DNA of 64,000 nucleotides from Phallusia mammillata (taxonomy: Eukaryota): the NCBI GenBank assembly GCA_965637545.1, contig OZ281497.1, positions 29,884,001 through 29,948,000 on the forward strand. Reading direction: 5' to 3'. A program made the position numbers and the translations under genes. Positions 40,801 to 51,997 of the stretch are shown here, one piece after another; the first letter of the stretch is position 1; each line of letters starts with the position of its first letter. A model generated the notes under the pieces. That model saw nothing but the letters and a program-made list of their open reading frames with translations, did not search any database and was not told the origin of the DNA.

Positions 40801-43800
40801 GTTAATGAGGATACTTTTTATTAGTTATGTTTATTGATACAACAACAAAAATCCACGAAACGGAACTATTCTGCGATCCCCTTGGAAAATTAAAACGACG
40901 CACCAGAGCGTTGCGACGCACAGTTTGGAAACTACTGCGCTACAGCGACGCAGCATAGAAATGCATTAATGATGTCATAGGACTGTGCCAGAATAAAAAC
41001 GTAAATTTTTTATCCTGACTCCATGGTCGCTATGAAATATGAATCCTACGCATATGAATCCAGAGCAGAGCAAAAAACGTTGTCGAGCCCTGGTATAATG
41101 AATATACCCAGCTTTCTTAGAAGATTAACTGGATTATGCGATAATCTGAATGCAACACACGTTGTTAACAGAAGTGCTACACTTCCATAGCTGAAATTAC
41201 GTTACGGCGCTCGTATACGTCGACAGAGATGCTTCCTTTCTTTTCTTTGTAGCATAGAACAAATGAAAATTTTCTTTCAGAGCCAGATCAACTCTTAAAT
41301 CACAGAGCAAAATGTAGATTAATCTTTCAATAGATCTTTGGATGGTGCAAATGTTGTGTTTAAAGATTAGCAATCTACTTTAGAAAATCTTTTGAAGGCG
41401 ACACTGTCCCTTATACACACATTTTGTTTCTAACAAACCACTATTTCAAAGCTTTTTTTGGAATCTAGCATGGCGTACAACAAAGTATAGTGAAACGAAC
41501 GTGCAGCGCATACTTTTTACTCGTGTGTTGCTATAACACCACATCACCCGACACACGGATGTGAAATTTAATAGAAGAAGCAAGGCCTGGGCGCTTAATC
41601 ACGGAATTTGAAGAACGCAATTAACTTAAATAAATTTCTTGCATTAAGCTAGAAAAGCCAGGATTGGTTTGTAAATTCTCTTTAACAAAAATAGTGTGAA
41701 CATTCTACAGCTTAATTTTCATGTTTTCATGTCTTACTTTATCTTTAATTGATGAAATGCCAAATTTAAAGTTTAACAGAAATTATGTGTAAAAAAGTCG
41801 TAGCATTTATAACAATGCGTAAACTTAATTTGTGTTGTTTATTTCTAGTTACTTAAATTTGTCACTATCTAGTTACTTAAATTTGTCACGATGAGTGTGA
41901 TAATAATTGTTGCATTAAAATCAGCTGAAGAGACTCGACCTCTCCTGCAACAAGATCGGCAACACGGGAGCAGCTTCGCTGGCTCCTTGCCTTCACAACA
42001 TGGAAGAGCTTAAACTGTTGAAATGTGAGATCGGAAGTACAGGCGTCAAGAAACTCTGCGATGGAGTGAAAAAGCTAAGAAAGCCGGTAAATATTGTTAA
42101 ATTCTATCTTGCGGAAAATATTTTTTTTGCTTTATAACAAAGATTTACTATTTGTTTTGGAAACGATAAACTAATAACTAGTGATGTACCGATTCGTTTA
42201 AATTTCGGTTCGCCGAAACCCAAAATTCGGCGTTTTGCCGATTAAATTCGGCCGAATCAACCGAATCATTCATGACGTCACGCAAAGAGGTACGCTAAGC
42301 GTTTAAACGAAAAAATGTTTATCTACCAGGTAATTAGTACAGAATGGTTGTATTTTGTCGTCATTTTAGTCATATGGGGTTGAAAAAAGCATGATTGGCA
42401 ACCTGCCGAAGAATTACTTTTTTTTACTACAGTGGGAAAAACAATAATGTGTTGAAAAAGATAAAAATTGAAGCGATTTTGGTTATGTTTGGGCTTTTGA
42501 ATGATTGTGTGGACCTTAATAAGCAGAAAAGACACGTTTAACGCTTTAAATTTGTGCTCGTAAAAGATTTGGTTTACCGAATCTTTGCAAAAATGAACTA
42601 TTCGGCCGAATAAGTTAGGCAAACCGAATATTCAGTACATCCCTAATAATAACCATCAGACCCAAAAAAATATTTCGCATCGTACAAGCACTATTAATAG
42701 TATAGAACGTTTTAATGGAAAATAATCATAACATGATTGTTCCAAAACTTGGTATGTGGTTATGTTTCAAAAAACGGTTATGTATCACCTTGCAACTCTA
42801 TGTCTCAGCTCTAATGAATCCGATTTATATTTGCCGGCTAATAAATTATTTGTGCTTGGTCTAGCATATCTAATAACCACATACGAAGGCTCGAGGTCAG
42901 GGCCGCCATTTAGGTTTGGCCGACAATCAAGGTCCGCTTGCCCTCGCGCAGATTTTAATTAAAATTGACCAAGTCCGCAACCCTCAAGTTAAACTCAAAC
43001 ACTTTGGAATTATTTTAGCATGGCCTAAACTGACGCAGGTTAGCCTTTTCTTTAGCTCCCACCTATCCATACTTTAACATTAAATTGACTTGTTTTACTA
43101 AAATCGCGGTATATACTGGTGTGTGTGGGGAATTTCAACCGATGTGGTCGGTCCAGGGGTAATGATTGGTCAGGATGGACTTTGGCGCATAACGCGCGAG
43201 AGCGGTGTACAATCTATGACGACACGAAGCTATTTTTTAGGCTGCAGCACGTGCTTTCGTTGAGGAAATAACTACACAATATGGCGGCTTTTGGGCATGT
43301 TGCTGAGGCAGATATTTATTGTAGTACAAAACAATTCAATCCCTTACTTACATTACTAATAATAGAAGCAGTACTTTTATCCTGAATTCATGATCACTAT
43401 GATATATGCTGCACATAATAACCAGTTAATGGTGGAATCAATATGACAAGTTCTAATTTCCACTTCCATAGCTGAAATTGCGTTACTACGACGTTTGTTT
43501 ACACCAACAGAGATGCTTCCTTATTCTTTTGTAACATATAACTTTACTATCAGCAGGCAAGCATGGCGTTGCTGCATATGAATAGTTGCCAGTCTGCTGA
43601 TAACATAACTGACGTTTTGTATGAGTGACCGTAATGATAGGTTTCATTAGTAGTAGATAATATTTTAGAAGATTGTGTGGTGATTAGGCAGAATAGACAC
43701 GTTTTATGCTTTCGAATTTTGATTGTAAAATATTCGGTTTGGGCTGAAACGCAGCATATTATATAGCCAAATCCGGGTATTAGTCAAATTATCTGTTTCA

Positions 43801-45588
43801 GCTGAATCAGTAGGGCAAACCGAATATTCGGTACATAGTTTTAGTTAAAACTAATAATAATATGCAGAAGACATAGTGGTTACCAATTGCTATTTGCATT
43901 GTGGGCTAACAACTAGTTTTCTACGTAATATTGGATGATATCTGACACAACAAGACACGTAGGTGGTAATAAAATTCTGCAATTGCGCCACGTAGGATAT
44001 CAACGATGTGTTTTCATCGTCCGCTAAACTTCCGCACAAGGCGCATCCCGGGTTCGAACTCCTTAAAACTAAAACATAAAAGTTTGTGCCGATCTACAAG
44101 TTTCAACCTGTACATCTTTCTGTTCGTTTTCTGCTACATAAAATCACATTTTACTGACATTTTGCTTCACTCCATAATAGGGTTGGACAATTTTTTCCCA
44201 TTACACGTCACTCCGCACAACACACATAACTAATGACAAAACTGTCACATACAGATGGGAAAGTCTTAAGTTTAAACACCACAGCAGGGGTGCATAACCT
44301 TTACACAATGGTGGCCGTATCACAGGTTCTTATTTCACCAAGGACCGCCAAATATTTGGGTATTTTCATTTACATTTTGCTGATGCAAAGAAACGTGAAT
44401 TATCTTATTATATCTTATCTACTGGTTACTCAAGTCCAATTTAATATTTTTTATAAATTGAATCTGAACGATTTAGTTATCACTTTTACGTCACAATCTG
44501 TATCGAAACGTTGTTAGAAAAATCCGGTTAAAATGGCTACTGGGCTTGTAGTATCTATTAATTCCCATAAGGTCCATTTAGGCCAGTTTTTAAGGCCGTA
44601 TGTCTAGGAAACGAGTTTTAATTTAATTTACGGTCACCAGCAGGGACGTATCCAGAAATTTTTAAAGAGGGGTCCAACATTTTCTGTTGGGAATTTCCCT
44701 AATGACGTCATATACGTCATAAGATCGCTTTGAAAAATTTCCCACACAAATGTCCGCACGATACGAAACTAGACCGCACGAGACTGAATACGTAATTTAC
44801 ACTTCAAAATGTCACTAACTTGCCCCGTTGCCTAATAAGTTTTCTGGTTCAAAACAGCGTGTTAAGCGGCAAAGCGCTTTGTTCAATTCTAAGCAGGCTC
44901 AAACCAAAAAGTACCAAAACCGAAACACGGCCTATCTTTCGACTTTGACGCTTTCTCTACCCGTCCAATTCACAGAAAGAACAAATAATTCTCGCGAAAG
45001 CTTTGTAGTTTCCTGATTTCGCCGCTGCTATCTAGCTTTCTCAGCAAAACTGCAGCTGAAAGATAAGCGTGAAAGTCAGGAGTCAAAAAATGCACACTAA
45101 GTTAACTTATTTTGTGATTGTTGATGTAATAAAGTGGTGTGATTTTATTAGTTACTGACACATATTATATGCATTCTAAACGACAATTGAAAAATGGTAC
45201 TTTTAATTGGTGATTTTCATGTGATTACGAACAACCCGAGAAAATCTACACATCAGTAGTTGTTTGTTTGTTAATCTTATCTTATAGTGTTAATTATTTT
45301 TTACACTTCACAACACGTGACATCCGTTTTTCACTCAAAAACATTTTGTACTATGTCGTCATACTGCATTATTTATTACAACATACCAGAGTGTTACTTG
45401 TGTTTAACTTATTCTTGTTTTAGATGGAACTTCTTGATCTATCTTGGAACAAGCTGACAGATGAAAGTGCTGAGTCATTGGCAGGATCGGTCCACAACAT
45501 CATTTTTTTGAAGGTTTCGGGCAATCACTTTACAGCAGCAGGGAAGAATCTCATCAGATCAAAGTCGCGAGGAGAAGTCAAGTTTTAA
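19678..45588 (+). CDS. NLR (NACHT-LRR) immune receptor-like gene; model join(19678-19884,19940-20457,20584-22246,27263-27424,31670-31831,37359-37520,41925-42086,45424-45588), ~1066 aa
   Basis: All junctions are GT-AG and keep frame (exons 2+3 = 2181 nt; LRR exons are 162 nt, phase 0). Walker A GQAGIGKTT, Walker B VMIFDGFDE, IFTSRP, CYVP and FSHLIWQEFFAG NACHT/WHD motifs are present, followed by RI-like LRRs. There is an in-frame stop upstream of ATG 19678 and AATAAA after the stop. Confidence 0.88.
19940..20457 (+). CDS. NLR exon 2: RHIM-like motif plus three 30-aa repeats
   Basis: Open frame ESEQAPQIGDTN...FLRKL; donor AG|GTGCTG at 20458 joins in phase 2 to TATGTAG|G at 20584. Confidence 0.7.
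20057..20320 (+). repeat. Coding tandem repeat, 90 nt (30 aa) x ~3
   Basis: Units start at 20057, 20147 and 20237: EQAHCSSQLPAPHHLDEETAPKLPTTAHSS / EQAHCLSQLPASHHLDKETTPKLPTTAHSF / QQPHCSSQLPAPHDFGEERLSKLP. Confidence 0.92.
20584..22246 (+). CDS. NLR exon 3: NACHT NTPase, helical domains and WHD
   Basis: ORF 20612-22357 of the track; Walker A at 20936-20962; donor CCG|GTAATA at 22247 (the ORF tail beyond it is intronic). Confidence 0.95.
22521..24604 (+). mobile_element. hAT DNA transposon (decayed) in NLR intron 3
   Basis: 16-bp TIRs CAGGGGCGGTTCGTGC / GCACGAGCCGCCACTG; perfect 8-bp TSD CCTTAGAC; remnant FETLKKMQTFLRNTIISKRLALALL (~23622-23700) resembles the hAT C-terminal dimerisation motif. 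Confidence 0.9.
24754..24936 (+). other. Duplicated 3' end of the NACHT exon (61 open codons, intact donor); possible cassette exon or pseudo-exon
   Basis: Paralog of ~22067-22246: PKLCREKDILRVCSWAHESNDPEIASSVASLLPDELDFRDSSLLPVDYETLSFVIQHRAKP|GTAATA, preceded by TTTTGCTTCCAAG. Confidence 0.75.
27263..27424 (+). CDS. NLR LRR exon A (2 LRRs, 54 aa)
   Basis: TTAG|LKKLNLSDNKIGNTGAASLAPCLHNMEELILRRCEIGSEGVEKLCDGVKKLTKP|GTAAAA. Confidence 0.92.
28130..28770 (-). mobile_element. Ty3/Gypsy protease C-terminus and pre-RT remnant
   Basis: VGANGSRIRIEGLISVYFSVAGIKTSASVYVSSDVVEKCI and LYIDTGQSATILQ; paralogous to 33810-34480. Confidence 0.75.
31670..31831 (+). CDS. NLR LRR exon B
   Basis: TCAG|LKTLDLFHNKIGNTGASSLAPCLHNMEQLILWECEIESEGAEKLCDGVKKLTKP|GTAAAA. 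Confidence 0.92.
33810..35150 (-). mobile_element. Ty3/Gypsy gag (Zn-knuckle remnant), aspartic protease and pre-RT remnant
   Basis: CYNCNGKKHFARN and ALIDTGATLSVVS (ORF 34378-35001); KDALEQGFAKHRAAFAITLDYLGH...IDIGQS (ORF 33810-34103). Confidence 0.88.
35693..36848. mobile_element. Non-autonomous TIR element (long imperfect TIRs starting CACTGG, Transib-like)
   Basis: CACTGGGCAACA...TGGTGTCT...TTGACTAATT...CTGATTTCAAAAAT mirrored at the right end; no clean TSD seen. Confidence 0.65.
37359..37520 (+). CDS. NLR LRR exon C
   Basis: TTAG|LKTLNLSHNKIGNTGAASLAPCLNNMEQLILINCGIESEGVEKLCDGVKKLTKP|GTAAAA. Confidence 0.92.
38362..38390 (+). pseudogene. Truncated LRR exon remnant with a dead donor
   Basis: GCGATGGAGTGAAAAAGCTAACAAAGCCG matches the LRR exon 3' end but is followed by GA instead of GT; the downstream intron is paralogous to the one after exon D. 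Confidence 0.85.
40040..40423 (-). mobile_element. Gypsy gag-like fragment
   Basis: Nucleotide similarity to 35000-35070 (GAGCAATTTTCGCG...GCAGAGAAGTGTACAG); RLARRTQTVNETNRDFVLAL. Confidence 0.55.
40724..40937. mobile_element. hAT-Charlie-type MITE
   Basis: TIRs CAGTGGTTCTCAAACT / AGTTTGGAAACTACTG; 8-bp TSD CGCTACAG on both sides. Confidence 0.9.
41925..42086 (+). CDS. NLR LRR exon D
   Basis: TCAG|LKRLDLSCNKIGNTGAASLAPCLHNMEELKLLKCEIGSTGVKKLCDGVKKLRKP|GTAAAT. Confidence 0.92.
42179..42645. mobile_element. hAT MITE (TAGGGATG-type TIR)
   Basis: TAGTGATGTACCGATT / ATTCAGTACATCCCTA; TSD CTAATAAC/ATAATAAC; empty paralogous site at ~38450-38468. Confidence 0.85.
45424..45588 (+). CDS. NLR terminal LRR exon
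   Basis: TTCTTGTTTTAG|MELLDLSWNKLTDESAESLAGSVHNIIFLKVSGNHFTAAGKNLIRSKSRGEVKF*. Confidence 0.85.
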   Translation: MELLDLSWNKLTDESAESLAGSVHNIIFLKVSGNHFTAAGKNLIRSKSRGEVKF

Positions 45589-45629
45589 ATCTAAAGTAAA
45601 ACTTGAACATTTGTTTCCGTAACAATCCT

Positions 45630-45635
45630 AATAAA
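45630..45635 (+). terminator. Candidate polyadenylation signal of the NLR gene
   Basis: AATAAA 42 nt after the stop codon; a second lies at ~45660. Confidence 0.5.
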
Positions 45636-48600
45636 CTTAATCCGTGAAACAATCCTTACAATAAATGCTTGACCAGACGGTGGGTCAAAGTGACATTACT
45701 TCATTACTAATGATGGCATTGGAATAAGTCATTATTGACCATTGCTGTCTGGGTCAGTATCTTTTCCTGATGATTATCAACTGTCATGTTTGTTTCAAAC
45801 ATTATTATTTGCGTTTAACACTGACAAGCATAGGCGCCGAACATGAGTGTGTGCAAGATATTTTGTATCAATGTAAAAATCCCAAGATTAATCGACTTTT
45901 TGTGTCAAAACGATTTAATGCATTACCTGTCGCAAAACGCGCAGTGCGTTCAATTAAACTATAACAAGAAATTGATGTTCTTCATAAACGGCATTTAAAT
46001 AACAATACGTTTACATGAATGTAAACCATTTCTCAAATCATTTTTATATTTTGACTTTCTACCCTTCCTACCTTTTTACTGACGTTTATGACAGTTGCTT
46101 TTCGCTGCGTAGACTAACTGTCAACATGGGTGTTGATGTGTATCTCATTATGGCGAAGTTTGTGCCTGTTTGTTGTTTAAACATCGTGACGTAAGTTGTC
46201 TGACGTCACATTCACATCTGTTAAAAATCCTGGCATAAAGTTCGGCGTCTATACTGACCACTTATTTGTGATTACAACGTTATGAAAATCAGTAAGAAAT
46301 CATACCGATGTTAACTGCAAAGTTTCGATGCTTGTGTTATGAAAATTAATTAGACGTATCATTTTTGAGATGTTTTTGTTGCGTAAATGACCTGAAGTAG
46401 CCTTTGTAGATGTATATGAACGTAAACACTGGTGATAAATCATAAGTTATTACTCTAGTGAGTGACAACTGATTTGTGTTCTGCAAAATCCAGTGTTGTT
46501 TAATGTTGCGAACGATTTTTTTCCTTTGATTTCCAGGTAACAATGCGTTTTCGTTGTTTCGTTAAAAAGTTTTGTTGCAAATGTCAAATTTTGTGTAGAG
46601 GTAAAACTTTAAACCCAACCTACTTGTCTGAGACCAATACCATGTTTTTAACTTTTCAATCGAAATTACAATTATGTGACACGTTAATAAAACAAGTTTT
46701 GAATTTGCGTTTAACATCGTTTTTCGTCATAAAAAGTCTGAAGTTGTCACATATCTCGCACACCATCTAGTGTCGTCTCTACTTTTAAGTTTCTTAAATT
46801 GTTTTCAACAAATTATGTCGCCCATATGCCTTATATAATGTATATTCACATATTTTTATGCTTAGCGTAGCCTTTTTGCATTGCATATCTGTGCATATTG
46901 TGTTGAAATGTTTCCTTTATTCTGTAACTATTGTGTTATTTTATCAAATGTTTCCTGCGTCCCTGACTTATGAAGCAAGGGACGCCGGACTTAGTACTCT
47001 GCATCGTTTTAACTCTCCGCTTGTAGTGTTTATCTGTACAACCTAATTTAAATGTGAACACTAAGTCATTATCCTTGTATAATTTGTAGGACGTTTTATG
47101 TGGCTACTTTGCGTGACATTTTTGTGCCTTTCTGTTTTCTTCCTTTGTAACTGCTTTTATAAATGGAGACGACATGATAATTTGTTTTATCGGCCGGTCG
47201 TCACATGTTGAGGAGGGGAGGGGCCTCTGCAAATAAAAATTAACTTTATCGCATCATTATTACAAGCTCAGATTAAACCAATATTTCTTTGTGACGTTAC
47301 GCCAAACCATTCATCAGGGAACACTTGACCCAAGCAGTAATTTAAACAATAACGTAGAAGCACAAAATAGTGAGCACGACGTGATAAACAGGAAATGTAG
47401 AAATACCTGGCTGTGCAATACTGATAAGCCAAACCAACAGTTGTGTGTATGGGGGGTTCAACAACAATCGGTTCAGGGACGCGAGAAACGAAGTTTTGTG
47501 TTCATAGTGTTGCGTAGCTCGACAGGCCTCAGGAGACTGGGATTCGGCTGGTTCGCTGCCACAGGGCCTTGAATATCAAATTTCAAAACTGAATTGAGAT
47601 TTTTAACAAAGTTGTTAGGGTTTGTCACCACAACAACATTTTAATTCAATCTCAGATACCTCTTTGTTGCGGCGTTCGACGATCTTTTCAGTCTCAAGAC
47701 AAACTCGCTTATGGTTTCGATTCCTAAGCAAAACCAAACTACACAGCCATCAAAATATTTGTGTTGTGCAAACCTATGTTGCCAAAGAATCTGCCCAAAG
47801 AAAAAAAATCTTTTAGGGTCGTAGAACATTCTCTCGGGCGCTGTAAACAATGAACTTTAAAACCGATTTTCTAATTTCGATTAGCTATCGGTCGCTTTTA
47901 CACCTCTAAACTATAGTTTTGTCAACGTGGCATCACTGCTTTTGTGCCAGTTATGTTTGATGCCATGAGACAAGGGTTGTGGAGTGTACCCTATAGAAGA
48001 CACTCCAAATGAGAGGCTGAAACGTCAGATAAGTTGTATGTTGTCTGTTAAACAAAAGCTAAAATTCTTCAATTTGAACTGTGAGTTTAGTTATTTGAGT
48101 TTTCTAGATTGCAGAGGGTACTTTCTCCAATAAACGTAAGTAAAATCTGAACTTTAGTCTAGCGCTCCTGGGCGTTGGCAAAGTAAGTCGGCTGGTATGT
48201 AAGCAGCGGTGGGATTCAGTCGGTTCGCACCGTTTTTTGTAGAACCGTCTCACGAAATTTTATGAGATCAACGAACCGGTTAGCATTACTGGTTACCGTC
48301 AATGGACTTTTAAGAACAGACCTGGCTGAAACATATGACTTCTGTGATATAACCTCCTGACAAAAAAAAAAAAATTAGGTCATAAATATATTGTTTCTAA
48401 TATTTCTACTTTGTTCAGAAGTTGAAAATGTCGCAAATGCTTCGTACTTCCATATGATTTTTGGCCGAAAATTATTCAATTTAAAAATACCCGATCCAAG
48501 TACAAAAAGTCGTCACGCTTTAATAAGTTCCGTTTTTTTGCATTAATGAACAGCGGTACGCATGATTAATCCCAGGTTTTCTTTTAAATAATGTTTTGAA

Positions 48601-49492
48601 GTTAATAATTATTGTTTACTGTTCATGTTTTAACAAAACTTTTAGCTATCAGCAAACGTGTTAAGTGGTTTAACGTTACAGTAATAAAACCACAAATTGT
48701 AATGGATAAGTCTGTTACTGTCTATGTTTATCAACACAACAGTAGTGTGGTGGCTGTAAAAATACATATTTTAAAATTTAAAAGGAAATGGTAAAACTGT
48801 ATTTTTTAATCCAGTTTATCTTTAAGTTTGATGTAAGTAAAGCTTTAATTATTGATTTGAGCCCAATACTCACCAAGATTTTACCAGGACCTTTATGGTC
48901 ATGACACTGCAAAACTTAAAAAAGTGCACAACAGCTGGGCTGGCCCAAAGTTTCCATAAATATGTACAATGTCTGCAGAGCGCATATGTTATGAGAACAA
49001 ATCATGTCGGGTACATCGTACGCACACATAGCATTGAATATACTTTGTTAAAAAATGTTAACGGTTTATTTCCATGCATAAGTCAGTGTTAAAAATGCAG
49101 ACAGACAATAGTTTTGCAACAAACAATTGTATTGAGAATATCATGAACTGCATTGTTTTGTCCGGTTAAACTATTTTCCTACATATTTGAACTGCTTTGA
49201 TCTGGTATAATGCCAATCATTAACATTCAACATATTGTTTCATTCAGTAGTGAGGATACGGTGAGGTATTTTCTAGTACTCAATTTATCATAATTTTTTT
49301 TATCCTCAGTCCATGGCACCATGTAGATTTATTGTTTTCTTATTTGTTGTAAATATATTTGATGATTTTATTTGGTTTATGTTATTTCATGCATATAAAA
49401 ATAAAAATTAGAAGTAAATTTGCAGTTTGCACATTAGAAAAAATGTGATAATATTTGATTCTTCTTAACGTAAACTTTGGAAGTGTTTGTAG

Positions 49493-49686
49493 ATTCACAA
49501 AGCTGAAAACCTGCTGAGGAAAACCCCCCAGGGAAATGGAGGTGTGCAAAAAGTGGAGAGTCGCAAGCAGTTGTTGTCATCCAACCTGAAAAAGCTACAA
49601 GAATCAACAGTATTGATATCGGCAATGATGGATCGGCATTTGTGGAAGTTCTTGTATCAAGATCAAGCAATGACCAAGATTATCAG
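49493..49686 (+). CDS. XRCC1: XRCC1 exon 2 with a frameshift at the C-run 49524-49529
   Basis: 194 nt between two phase-0 junctions; IHKAENLLRKT is in one frame and GKWRCAKSGESQAVVVIQPEKATRINSIDIGNDG...DYQ in another. Confidence 0.85.
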
Positions 49687-51066
49687 GTATATTATTTGGG
49701 AATCTGCAATCAACGAAGTGTTTTCGGATGATAAACTGATGATAGTCCACAGTTTGGAATTCAGTGTGCGATAGGAATTTGATATTACAGAATTGAATTT
49801 GGAGAAATCTGTTGAATTGTAATTTGATTGTTTTTTATTCTTATACTGTATATATATTTTAACTTTTTGGATTCATAGCACAGATGATTCTGAACACCAA
49901 CACATTTAATTTTATCACATGAGTACATAACTTTATTTTATGTTTTGAAAAACGTATGCCTGATAGCTACACTTTGCTTTAACTTTAATTATTCTATTAA
50001 ATTTGAGATTGATAAAATACCACTAAACTCCAAACAGTAGTTTGCATTGTGTGCTAGATTTCCAGTGGTTTTGTTGCAGGTGTTGTTGGTCGCTTCATCT
50101 TTTATGACGCCCAGTGAAGCTCGAATTGGAAATGGAAGCAACAAAGTTTGGATGTTTTCCAAAGAACAACTTCAGTCTGAAATTGCCAAGCAATCGTGGG
50201 ACAGAGTGAAACTGGTTTGCACTCAACCATTTAACAAGGTTGGCAGACTTCTACTGTATGTTGTTGAAAAGGAAATGTTTGTTTGGTATAAATAATCACC
50301 ATATACAGCTGATGTCTTCCCACCAGCTGCTCCAATGAGACTTTCTAGTTTGAAGCAAGGTATACTGTTTGCAGCTTATCACTGTCACATACAAAAGATT
50401 AGAGTTTGTGAATTTGTGTTCACCCTATTTGTGTCAAATTATTTATAGTACAGGGCCATAGAAATTTATGAGTTATGAGTAGAACTGTTTTTACTAATAA
50501 ATTTACTGGTTTTATAATAAATTTTACTTTATTACCAGCACACAACTTATGGACTAAGCTTCATAAATCTGCACTCCAAAGAAACTGAGGAAAAATCAGA
50601 CAATACAGAAAATACTTCTTCTCAAGTAAGTTTGCTTGGCTCAGATTGATAAGAAATGTGGTTTATTTGCAGAACACAGTTGGTTTAGCATAAGTGTTTG
50701 TATGGTGTGCGGCTTAGTATACCACATGTCGGTTGGTATGTGAAGTTAAAAGCCCCAACAAGGTACATGAGGCCAAATTCTTGTGTTATTTTAATTACAA
50801 ACCCTTTCCCAACCTGAGACCGCTGTCTGTGACTGCTTTTAAAAATCCAAAATTAAATCTGTTACAAAGTAGATTTGTGTCCACTAAAACTACTTACCAT
50901 ATAATAACATGCGGTATACTATATGGTATCATATGTTGTTTATGACCACTGGTGTTTGATTATAATAGATAATTATCTATCTGTACAAAGTATACTGACA
51001 ACAAAAATGGTCTAACTTACACAATTCTCTGTGAATTATTCGATGAGCTTCACTGTATTGTTTCAG

Positions 51067-51230
51067 ATGCGCTTTCGCAAACACCCCAAAGTTTCGACAG
51101 GTCATGGGCGACCCACGTGGTCGAATCGTGCGCGCTGATTGGATAATCGACTGCGCCGCGCAGAAGAAGCGGTTGCCGTGGAAACCATACAGCATGGATC
51201 CGAATACGTCAGATGATGATGACGTCGACG
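51067..51230 (+). CDS. XRCC1: XRCC1 exon encoding the second half of BRCT1
   Basis: TTTCAG|a CAFANTPKFRQVMGDPRGRIVRADWIIDCAAQKKRLPWKPYSMDPNTSDDDDVD g|GT. Confidence 0.9.
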
Positions 51231-51997
51231 GTTGGTGACGTTTTGTTTCATTTCAACTTTGCTTGCTCAGTTCCAAATTAAAACTCGCAGAAATTCACAT
51301 TATAGGTGGAGCTGGGATTTGAACCGACAACCGTGAAAGGTTGCACTTACCTTTGCTGGATTATGCTTGAATCTCTCTGCAGTTATGTGTGTTGTATGGG
51401 TTTCTAATAGTAATATATTAATTGATAAAATTCGTGGTTTATATTTGCTCACTGCCCCAAATAAAAAAATATCTTACGTCACCATACCCATCATATGACG
51501 TAGTTGCCAAAATCAACCAGACAAAGTGAAATGTCAGTAATTCTGATCCGGTTTCCAATTTGTTGTCAACTCGTTTTAACCGCTGACTTGGTTTATAGAT
51601 GGGAAACCACCAGATGACGTCGACGACCCGTTTGATGCGAGCACTGACGAAGAAGATGACGTCATAGATACTGATGACGAAATAGAGAGGTGACGACAGC
51701 ACCGATGTGTTTGTCATCGCACACTTAATGTCACCGATTAACGTATTCTTGTGCTCAGGGTGAAACAAGACATCAAGGTTGAAAGCCCTGGGGCGCCACC
51801 TGTTGACTCGTATGACGTCAGCACTGATAACGAGGAAGAGTCACCTGTGACGTCATCAGGTGCTTCATCAGTTATTTACTTGTCATAAGCATTTAGCATT
51901 ACATGTCACGTGATCTGACCAGCTATTTTTTCGAGCGATTCAATGTGACGTCACAATGATACAACAATTATTTTATTGTTTCTATTTTTCCCCACAG

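Larger units (their letters stand above)
38362..43300 (+). repeat. Intronic segmental duplication (38362-39150 ~ 42058-43300)
   Basis: Shared blocks ACATACGAAGGCTCGAGGTCAGGG... and GTGTGTGGGGAATTTCAACCGATGTGGTCGGTCCAGGGG... in both. Confidence 0.88.

Noticed and set aside
50820-50880. LSVTAFKNP as the missing BRCT1 N-half of XRCC1
   Set aside because: Only a superficial match to VLSGFQNP, with no GAKY/W motif and no suitable splice sites.
51672-51684. CTGATGACGAAA hammerhead-like string
   Set aside because: It is part of an XRCC1 exon (TDDEI) and has no flanking stems.
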